A DNA stretch of 64,000 bases from an uncultured virus (IMG/VR IMGVR_UViG_3300022200_000021) (taxonomy: Duplodnaviria > Heunggongvirae > Uroviricota > Caudoviricetes): the IMG/VR virus record IMGVR_UViG_3300022200_000021, one strand, 5' to 3'. This document shows, piece after piece, positions 49,589-59,600 of this stretch (its first letter is position 1; the number at the start of each line of letters is the position of its first letter). The translations under genes and the position numbers were made by a program. The notes beneath the pieces are model-generated. The model had not been told where the DNA came from. It did no database searches and saw nothing but the letters and a program-made list of their open reading frames with translations.

Positions 49589-50569
49589 ATTATATTATGA
49601 AAGCAAGTGAATTTATACAGGAAGCAGGAAAAATATCTATCAAAAGTATTGCCCCACCGACTAATATCAGTTCAGAAGAAAAACAAAACGCATTTGCCAA
49701 CCTCACTCAAACAGAAATAGATCAATTAGGTTCTCCTAAATATATTTCAAAAGAAATGTGGCCGCAATTTAGAAAATGGTTGGTACAACGTAGTCTAGCT
49801 AGTAATCCATTGCTTAATCCTGAGCTCACAGCATACACTCCTGGCGAAACACTTGCATTATTTAAGCATCCTGAGATTGCTAACTGGCATCGAGAAATTG
49901 TTAAGTATGAAGTTCCCTCTAAATATAAAATGGTAGCATTTGTACCTTGTGGTAAAACTAAACCATGGGCAAATGCTGCTCGTGGAATATACAAAAGCTA
50001 TAACAGAATTATAAACGATAATAAATATCCGGTTTATTTTGTAACAGTGTCTGAACCATTAGGAATTGTTCCTAGTAGTTTATGGGGGGATTTCCCACAA
50101 TATGATAATCCCGGATTATTCACAGATGACACACAACAGTCTGGCGGCTTATTCACAGCAGACTGGAAAAAATATTACGGTACTGGTAAACAAAAAATGC
50201 CATTTGACACTGCTGCATATTCGCAATGTATCAAAATTTTAGGCGATGTAATTAATAAGTTTATTGAAAATAACTCTCAGGTTAAGTACGTTAGTTTTGT
50301 TGAAGATAAAATATTTAAAGTAGGTGCTACTAAAGTTGGAACACATAGCGCAATGCTATCACATACTAGTAAAATAGACCCTGAGAACCGTTATTTAAAA
50401 CGTGCAGCAGCTAGAGAAGAACCGTACAATTATATTGACCAATCATTAGCAACACATTTTAACAAAGAGAGGGATTTATGAATCACAGCGATAAAATTGT
50501 ATATCAACAATTAACACAATATAGAGCTAGTTTAATTGATCGTATATCGGAGTGCATTATATTATGAAA
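49525..50569 (+). repeat. 78 bp direct repeat (49525-49602 and 50492-50569, one mismatch)
   Basis: TAAAATTGTATATCAAC...CGGAGTG(A/C)ATTATATTATGAAA. Confidence 0.95.
49597..50481 (+). CDS. ArcS/DUF5591-like domain protein
   Basis: FVPCGKTKPW...VSEPLGIVP...PQYD; likely start 49597 (MKASEFIQE). Confidence 0.6.
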   Translation: MKASEFIQEAGKISIKSIAPPTNISSEEKQNAFANLTQTEIDQLGSPKYISKEMWPQFRKWLVQRSLASNPLLNPELTAYTPGETLALFKHPEIANWHREIVKYEVPSKYKMVAFVPCGKTKPWANAARGIYKSYNRIINDNKYPVYFVTVSEPLGIVPSSLWGDFPQYDNPGLFTDDTQQSGGLFTADWKKYYGTGKQKMPFDTAAYSQCIKILGDVINKFIENNSQVKYVSFVEDKIFKVGATKVGTHSAMLSHTSKIDPENRYLKRAAAREEPYNYIDQSLATHFNKERDL

Positions 50570-51559
50570 CTACATGAAGTAATTTCATATAGCAATTATA
50601 GAGATGAATTGTTATCACTAGTTGACAATGCGTTGCATGATACTGTTGCTTCTATTGGTGAGATATTCTATCAACAATATAGTAATCAAAAATTAATATC
50701 TTATGATGATTTTTATTTATTTTTAGATAAAACTTTACTACGGATTTTAAAAAATAATATTATAAAAAAGTTTAGATATTTTACAAAACATATATTAAAT
50801 ATGGAATTAGCAGATACATTAGAGATTCAATTTTCAAAAAATTTAACAGTACCTGGCCAAGCGTCAAACACTGAAATTTTATTAAATATAGATTTACTTG
50901 ATGCTATTTTGGAAAATTTAAAAAATAGTATTACACAAGAATTATTTAATCAAAATGATTTTGATGAAACTAATACAATTCATAACATCCAACGTGCATA
51001 CAAAACTATTAAATCTATTAAATTTAAAAGTCCTATTTACAAAATAAGTAATTCTGTTGCAAAACTAATTTATGTTTTTATACATGAATTAGTACATATG
51101 CAACAAGATTTAAAACAGAATAAACAATCAAAAGAATATCGATCATATTTAACTAATGATCAGCAAATCTTTAATAAAGCAATAGATTCAATTATGTCTG
51201 GTAAAAGGGACAAAAATGATTTAAAATTATATTTGTCTAGTCCACAAGAAATATCAGCATATGCAAACGAAGCAGTATTATACATCTTACATGAATTAAT
51301 TGAAGATAATATTAATTATGCTAGTATTGAAGATATAAAATTTTACCTTAAACGGTTATCAATCTTTATTAAAAATGGCAACTTTATGAAAGAAGAATAT
51401 TATAGTAGCATAATGGCAAACTATGCTTCTTATTTTGATAAGACTAATTATTCAGAATATAAAATATTTAAACGATTTTATAAGTTAGTCGGCAAGTTAT
51501 TATTAAATTATCGAGATAATCTCAAACAACTTTTAGATAAAAAACAGGAATTACAATGA
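50564..51559 (+). CDS. HExxH metallopeptidase-like protein, paralog family
   Basis: IHELVHMQQ...YRSYL...YLSSPQEISAYAN; likely start 50564. Confidence 0.7.
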   Translation: MKLHEVISYSNYRDELLSLVDNALHDTVASIGEIFYQQYSNQKLISYDDFYLFLDKTLLRILKNNIIKKFRYFTKHILNMELADTLEIQFSKNLTVPGQASNTEILLNIDLLDAILENLKNSITQELFNQNDFDETNTIHNIQRAYKTIKSIKFKSPIYKISNSVAKLIYVFIHELVHMQQDLKQNKQSKEYRSYLTNDQQIFNKAIDSIMSGKRDKNDLKLYLSSPQEISAYANEAVLYILHELIEDNINYASIEDIKFYLKRLSIFIKNGNFMKEEYYSSIMANYASYFDKTNYSEYKIFKRFYKLVGKLLLNYRDNLKQLLDKKQELQ

Positions 51560-51804
51560 ATTATTTAAATACAATGTATGGAAAAAAACACCAGCAGTCT
51601 TCCACTGATACTAAAAATCCTAACAGAGTTGCAGGTGGGTTAAAAGGGCAAGGAGTAGACCATTTTGAGCTACTAGGAGAAAATGGAGTTATTCAAAAAA
51701 TACCTACTCAACGATATGTTCAAGCACTTGAAGCACAATTACGAGTACAACGCGAAGCATTAAGTCGAATAGAGAAAAAAATGTATAGTATACGGCAAAC
51801 ATAA
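51556..51804 (+). CDS. Hypothetical protein
   Basis: Coupled ORF with C-terminal coiled coil. Confidence 0.55.
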   Translation: MNYLNTMYGKKHQQSSTDTKNPNRVAGGLKGQGVDHFELLGENGVIQKIPTQRYVQALEAQLRVQREALSRIEKKMYSIRQT

Positions 51805-51816
51805 CGGAATACCAAT

Positions 51817-52662
51817 ATGAAAATGATAGAAATAACTGACGACATGATTAACGAAGGTTGGAAGGATTTAGCAGCAAGTTTAGGGATTGGTGCAGCAGTT
51901 ACTGCAGGAGCAGGTGCTGGGTTAATGAAAGTTAAAGACTATAATCATCCAGACTTTACTAAAGACCCTACTTATCAAACTTATTCGCAAGAAGAATTGG
52001 ATAAAATTAGAAATCCAACATCTCAAGAAAAATCTCCCAAGATAGACTCAGTGTCTAAAAGTACACCTAAATCAAATGCAGATCAGCCTAAAACAGTAAA
52101 GACTACTAAACAAGCAGCTACTGTTAAATTATTAACTAAGCAGCCCAGTGAAAAAACATTGTTAGATGCTGCGAAAAAAGCTGGAATCAAAGGAACAGAA
52201 TTAGCAGCATTTATGGCACAAGCAGCACACGAATGCCAAAATTTTACTAGAATGGTTGAAACTAATCCTAGGATTAAAAGTTATTTAAAAAATAAAAGTT
52301 TAGGTAATAAAAATTTAAATGATGCAAAACGATTTATCGGTAGAGGTTATTTTCAACTTACTGGTAGATGGAACTATAATTGGATGGGTAAATTGTTAGG
52401 TGACGATTTTACTAGTACTTGGACAAATGCAAATAAATTATCTGAACCTGAAACTGCTGCAAAAGTTGCTATAATGTATTGGAAAAAAAGAGTAAGACCA
52501 CATGTAACTGATTTTACAGATATTAAACAAGTAACTAAACGTATTAACAGTAGCTTAAATGGGTTAGACGATCGAACTAATAAGTATAACAAATATGTTT
52601 CCTCTATGAATACAACTGTTGCTAACAATACTTCTACTGCAACTGCAAAATCTGGATCATAA
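51817..52662 (+). CDS. Glycoside hydrolase family 19 (lysozyme/chitinase fold) muralytic enzyme
   Basis: AAFMAQAAHE, FIGRGYFQLTGRWNY, VTKRIN..LNGLDDR. Confidence 0.9.
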   Translation: MKMIEITDDMINEGWKDLAASLGIGAAVTAGAGAGLMKVKDYNHPDFTKDPTYQTYSQEELDKIRNPTSQEKSPKIDSVSKSTPKSNADQPKTVKTTKQAATVKLLTKQPSEKTLLDAAKKAGIKGTELAAFMAQAAHECQNFTRMVETNPRIKSYLKNKSLGNKNLNDAKRFIGRGYFQLTGRWNYNWMGKLLGDDFTSTWTNANKLSEPETAAKVAIMYWKKRVRPHVTDFTDIKQVTKRINSSLNGLDDRTNKYNKYVSSMNTTVANNTSTATAKSGS

Positions 52663-53124
52663 ATGAAGATTGTAGAAATAACTAATCGAATCTATATTTC
52701 AGATCAGCAATGGAAAAAAGAGATTAAGAATAACGTCTATCCAGATGATCGATCTAGGGCTGCGGTTGCTGAAATATCTCCAGATGACTTTTTATTTCTT
52801 GCAGACGATAGCAACGGACAAGCATCAGACCGTGCATTACAGTACGGGCAATTTGATAATGAAAAATTTACAAGCGATTGGTTACCTACTTTAGATATAA
52901 CTATAGATGGCAAAGTTTATGATCATGAAGGACGAGCAAGAGCTACTATGATTAAAAAATCAAATATATCTAAAATGCCAATAATACTACGTTTGCCAGC
53001 TAACAATAGAGTTAAGTCTAAAGACGAATTTCCAAACATAATAACACAGCAATCTGGATCAAAGGCAAAACGGATTAACATAAAAGAATTGCTTTCTTAT
53101 AATTCGACAAATCCATTTAAATAA
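52663..53124 (+). CDS. Hypothetical protein, possibly ParB-like
   Basis: LPTLDI...VYDHEGRARA...MPI. Confidence 0.5.
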   Translation: MKIVEITNRIYISDQQWKKEIKNNVYPDDRSRAAVAEISPDDFLFLADDSNGQASDRALQYGQFDNEKFTSDWLPTLDITIDGKVYDHEGRARATMIKKSNISKMPIILRLPANNRVKSKDEFPNIITQQSGSKAKRINIKELLSYNSTNPFK

Positions 53125-53164
53125 TGAGAACTAAATACGATTATAACATCAGCAAGGAGTAATA

Positions 53165-53497
53165 ATGAAACAAACATTAATTAATATGAAAAATTGGATT
53201 ATTGAACGATCTAAAGAACGCACTACATTAGACGGATTAATATTATTGTCAGCATGTGTTGCATTTTTAATTGTTCAAGAGTTTACCCAGTATGTTGCAT
53301 ACTTTGGTATAGGTTATAGCTTATGGACTATGTGGAAAAAAGAAAAAATACAATTTATAGAAAAATTAGTCCCAAATATTGTAGAAAAACCTAAACCCAA
53401 ACCCAGAGCAAAATCTAAACCTAGAGCAACATCTAAGTCTAAAACAGCATCAAAGACTAAATCTGTATCTAAAACAGATACAGGTACTGCTGCATAA
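53165..53497 (+). CDS. Two-TM membrane protein with Lys-rich tail (holin-like?)
   Basis: ERTTLDG, hydrophobic hairpin, KPKP/KSK tail; AAGGAG RBS. Confidence 0.5.
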   Translation: MKQTLINMKNWIIERSKERTTLDGLILLSACVAFLIVQEFTQYVAYFGIGYSLWTMWKKEKIQFIEKLVPNIVEKPKPKPRAKSKPRATSKSKTASKTKSVSKTDTGTAA

Positions 53498-53525
53498 AAA
53501 ATAATTTTAAATACCTTTCTTTATT

Positions 53526-53556
53526 AAGAGATAGTGCAAGTACGCCTATCTCTTTT
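53526..53556 (+). terminator. Probable terminator
   Basis: AAGAGATAG...CTATCTCTTTT. Confidence 0.55.
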
Positions 53557-53676
53557 CATAATATAACTACTATACATTATTTTTGCTAGTATTTGCAGAA
53601 TGCAGCAAGTACGCATCCCAGATAAATATATTAAACATATTTCTAATAAATATACAGATTTTAATGGAGCAAAATA

Positions 53677-56600
53677 ATGGCAAAACAAGAAATTGATATC
53701 GGTGTTGAAGGTAATGACGGTACCGGAGATAGTATACGAGAATCATTTAGAAAAGTAAATGAAAATTTTAACGAATTGTATGCTGTTTTTGGTATAGGAG
53801 GCCAGATATCATTTACTGATTTAGGCGATGTTCCTGATGCATATAATAATAATGAAAATAAAGCAGTTATTGTAAAATCAGACGGGTCAGGATTAACTTT
53901 CTTAGAACTAGCAAGTAACAGCGCATTAGATAATACAGCCGATACTATTGGTTTTGATTTTACAGTTGATGGAAAATTAATAGTACGTCAACTTTCATCA
54001 AAATTAAGTAACGACCCGAAAGCAGAATTATCAAGCCCACTTAATGCAAATTCGTATGCTATTGCAAATGTAGAAGTATCATCTGATGCTATTGACTTGT
54101 TTAACAATGTTCATAATACTGATTTCACGTTAGATGCATTAGTTATTAACAAAGGGTATGCAGATCAAACATATCAAAAAAAACAAATTTCAGGAAGTGG
54201 AATTAGGATAGGTGATGAACCTCAAGATACTAGTAATTATATTTTAACTACATCTACAATTTCATCTGGATATTTATACATTCAAGATCATGGATTAACT
54301 TCTGAATATACCGGCGGAGCTTACATTTTTAACTCATCAGGTTCAGATCCTGCAGGTGTAGTTTCAGGTGAAATATATTATATACGTATACAAGATGAAA
54401 ACAATATTGGATTATATTCTTCTGCAGAAGATGCTATTAATAATGTTAATAGAATATTATTAACTGGCGGAACTGGAGAATTTACGTTAACAGACTTGTA
54501 CTACGATCCGTCGCTATTAGGAAACTGGTTATCTAATTCTGTACTTCCAAGATATGCAGTTGTACGGCGCCAAGGAGATACAATGGAAGGACCATTGTAC
54601 TTATCAGATCATCCTGGCGATTTGTCCGGCACAGGAACTCCTAACGATGCTACTGATTTGCAAGCAGCTACTAAATTATATGTTGACAATGCTGCAGTAA
54701 CTAGCAATGTTAATCTATTTGTAAACACATCCGGAGACGATCGTCAACTGTCAACTCCTATAGGTAGAGAAGGAAGATCACCCGGCTATGCATATCGAAC
54801 AATAAACGCTGCTGCTAGAAAAGCAGAAGAACTTATACTAGCAACTCCATACGAGCCCGGCCCTTATATACAAACAATTACATATGGTAATAATAGCAAT
54901 AATTCGACTATTATTACATCAGGAATGAGCTCCCCAATTTCCGGTCGTAATAATTCTAGAACACTTATTTTAAAAAATAAAGTGTTTATTGTGAATGAAG
55001 TTATTGGATTTATAAAATCTACTTATCCAAGTTTTTCTGACAATTACGATATTGAGCTATGTCAGAGAGATATAGAATTAATTTTAGAAAGTGTATCATT
55101 AGACTCGTTATCTGGAAACAATGCTAATTACTTATCTCGATGGGCTGGCATTCGATACTACTCAAATATTAGTTCTAGGAATGCAATTAGTAGACAAAAA
55201 GTACAAACTGTTGCTAGTATTGAATTTGTAAGAGATTTAGTAGTAGACTATATTTTAACAAATACTGCGGTAGATACTATGTATCAAACAAAGTATACAC
55301 AGTATATAAATGAAACTGTAGTACCTGACTTACAAGCAGCATCTGTAATAGAAGCGAAATTTAACGTAGTATTAACTGTAATCGAATCTGGAGTATTAGG
55401 AGCGCCTGGTGTTATTGACGGTGGAACTACATATAAAATTAATTTATCCAATGGCAATAATGGTCATGTTGACCAAGCAGATCCAATTAATACAGACATT
55501 ATACCTGGGAAAATAGTTAGAGGAAAACTTTCAGGAGCTGTTGGCAGAATCATCGACTATAAGTACGAAGCAGGGCCTAGAGCAGTTAGTTTACTTGAAA
55601 CAGATGAGATAGATGTTCAGCTATTAGAACCAATTGAGTTTGAAAATGGCGAAGAACTGGAATATGGTAATATTGTAAGAAATAATCATATTGCTATATT
55701 TGTTGAATCTGGCGTATATGAAGAAGATTTCCCTATACGATTACCTCCGAATGTATCAATCTGCGGGGACGAATTACGTAGATGTGTTATTAAACCTAAA
55801 AATAGAATATCTCAATCTATTTGGGCTGATATGTATTTTTATCGTGATGCAGAATTTGACGGTATGGTATTAGGTAAAAGTAATATAGAAACTATTACAT
55901 ACGATGCTCAAACTGATGTATATCGCATACCCGGTACATATACTGTAAGTTCTTACATTTCAGAGTTTTTTGGAAAAGATGCAGTATTTAGAATAACAGT
56001 AGGAAGCGGAGGTGAGATTTCAAATGTAGAAATATTAGAGTTTGGAACATCATTTCAAAAAGATGAAAGAATATTTATAAAAGATGCACAATTAGGTAAC
56101 AACGGTGCTGCAGATATTGTGTTAACTGTTACTAAAGTTCCAAATGGTGTTGAATATATAAATCCGTTAACTCAACGAGTTGACGGATACTTTGGCAGAC
56201 ATTATCTCACTGATCCAGCATTGACTAAAAATGTTGGCAGTGTCTATGAGAATGTTGGAAGATGGGTAGCTGCTACTGAAATTATTCGTGTTAACAAACT
56301 TTTTTTACAGGAACAAGCTACAAATTATGTAGAATATTTTTTCCCTGCATATGTACTATCTGGAGATTATTCAAGATCGATCTTTTTCAAAAATATAGGT
56401 CTTATTATTGATGGATTAATTAATGATTTAAATAACGGTGGCAATGAATATGCTTTAGAACTTCAAGGAAAATTCTACGATATTGCGAATCGTTATAATG
56501 CAACTTCTGAAATTAATAATTCAATTCGTTTTATAAACACGCTATTAACACAATTGTACAACGCAGAAGAACCGGTATTAACATATGGAACTGAATCAAC

Positions 56601-59600
56601 TAAAACATACGATCACGATATTTCATTAGGAATTGCTGATCCGTTTGAATGGGCTCCAAGTACGCTTTATAAAGAAAAAGAAGTTGTTAAAGTTTTAGCA
56701 TCGGGTGTATATTACTATTATGTTGCAACAAAAACACATACGTCATCATTAGAATTTGATTATTTAGAAAGTATTAATTATTGGAGAGAAATTGACGGTG
56801 TTTATGCTGCAACTGAAAATTTAATAGATACTATTGTTTATTGGTTTGATGGTGAATATAATCCTCCACTAAACAATAAAGACTTAGATGTATTTTTATT
56901 AAATGATGCAACTATGATTAGGAACATATCAGTTCACGGTCATGGAGGATTTATGGGAGTACTTGATCCTGAAGGCCAAGTATTAACAAAATCACCATAT
57001 ATTCAAGGATCTTCGTCGTTTTCAAAATCATCAAACAAACAATCATTCAGTGGTGGTATCTTTGTAGATGCATTTGTGGGAAATACTGCTGTTCAAGTAT
57101 ATGAAAAAATAGATGGAGATCCATTTAGAATTATGGTTCAGAGTTATGGATCTCAAGCAGAACCACAAGGATTATTCGTCCGTAGACCTGAAACACCTAG
57201 CGTGTTTTATATAGATGGAAAACGATTTCAAGTTAATGCAATTGCACAATATGATCCAGATTTAGGTATAGCAGAATTAAAATTAGATTATAGTTCAAAT
57301 AACAATCTTGGTTTTTCTGGAGTAACTAGTAGTTTATCTACAGGTGTTAACTTAAATGATTTATCTAGTCCAATTCCTATTACATTGCAAACTGCAGGTA
57401 ATAGATCAATATTAGGTAATGACTTTACTAATATTAACGATTTAGGTTATGGATTAGTAGTTGCTAATGGGGCATTGTCAGAACTAGTATCAATGTTTAC
57501 ATATTATTGCTGGGCATCATACTATTCAAAAAATGGATCACAAATTAGGTCTTTGTCTAGTTCAAGTTGTTACGGTGAATATGGATTAGTAGCAGATGGG
57601 TTTGACCCAAATGAAATTCCAGATGATATTTTTCTAGCTCAAGATATGGTTCAATCAGCTAGAACTTTTAATGCTAATGTTATTTTAACATTATCTGGGG
57701 GTGTAGTAGTTGAACAAGGGCAAGTATTAACGCAAGTGAGTAGCGGTGCTTTCGGCACAGTTGTAGTTGATTCAAGCGATACTTCAGGGTCAACTGTAAT
57801 TTATCTTATCAATGTTCAAGGAGCATTTGATTTAACTAATGAATTGGAAATTACTGAAACAGCACTTGGAGCTCCTACTTCTGTAGCATTAGGTGCAAAC
57901 AGTGTGCCAGTTTCAATTGATCCAGATGGGTACACAAACCAATTGGAAAAATTGTTCTTGTATGCATTCGATTTTAAAGATGTTCCATCATCAAGATCTG
58001 AATTTGACATATATCATGAAACTAAACAAATCTTTGCTAGATACGAAGTAGCAAACGTAGAAAAAACTAATGCGTGTGTAGGAAGATACGAAAATGTAGG
58101 AACATCGATTCCAGTTACTAAAGATGTAACTAATCCTCTTGCTAACAATGCAGTATTTACAATTTATAAAACTATTCACAATGGGTATTCTGCAGATATA
58201 ATTTCAAACGGTACAAACTTTACAGTAGGAGATACTATTACAGTTGACGGTAACTTATTAGGAGGTACTAGTGTAGAACATGATGCTATTATTACAGTAA
58301 CTGAAATTGATAATGGTGATCCTGTAGCATTAACTGGAATTATTACAGCATTTTCAATTGCAGGTACTATTAAAGTTGAAGCGTCGACTCCGATGTTTGA
58401 CGGTCGTGTATATAAATTGAATTTTTCTACTAGCGAAACTCAATTTAGTCGTAACGGTTTATTAGAAAATGTTCCATATGGTAAAATAATAAATTATAGA
58501 AGAAATCAAACACATATAATTTCAGATATTAAATCACAAGAATTAATAGCAATTAGACCGTCAACTGCTATAGTCTTTGATGAAAATACTGATACTGTAT
58601 ATCGTTCGATATCATTTTTAACTAGCGATAGTATAGGCAATGAATTGCCAGATGGAACTGCACAAGTTAGTTTTGATGAAGGTTACGACTATATTCGATT
58701 AATCATTGACAGTGCAAGAGCTCAAACTAGTGAATTAGCCGGCTCAGGTACAACTAAAGGTGCAACAATAGGAGATGTGCGGTTAGCACTGCAACCAGTT
58801 TCTGACACTAATGAAATATATCGATTAAACAATAATAGCAAGACACCTGAAGGATTTAGGCCATTAGGGTGGAGACCAGAAACATTAGTAGAAGCACCTA
58901 TTATATCATGGGGTGGAAAAACACATTATGTGTTTAATTATCGAGGTGTTGATTCAGAAGGAAACGAAGTCCCTGTTTCAGAAAATATAGCGTATGCACT
59001 TGTTGATCTAGAAGATATTGAAACTATTAACCAAACAGACTCTACAGGTATAGCACTTCCAGTTATCTACGGATCAGAAAATATTACTATTAGAGCAGGG
59101 TTGAAAGCAAATCAAACTGGAAACATTACTGTAGGTATTTCAACATGTCGAGTAACTGGGCATGATTTCTTAGACATAGGTACAGGTAGTTATAACAATA
59201 CTAATTTCCCAAATGTAATTTTCGGAAGCCCAAGTGAAAAAGACAGCTCTAAAGAAGTTACAGAAATTAATAAAGGCCGTGTATTTTATACATCAACAGA
59301 TCAGGATGGTGTTTTTAGAGCTGGAAGATTCTTTAGTGTAGACCAAGGTACAGGCACAGTTTCGTTTGCTGCTAACATTGCACTTTCCGATGTTGATGGA
59401 TTAGGATTCAAGCGTGGAGTTGTTATTACTGAATTTTCCACAGACACTGCAATGGCTGACAATGCATCTGATACAGTACCTACTGAAAGTGCCGTTCGAG
59501 GATACATTAATCGAAGACTAGGATTTGATACAAATGGAAATGTTATAGTTAATAAAATCGGCCCAGGTGCAATTGCAGCAGATGGCTCAACTATTTTAAC

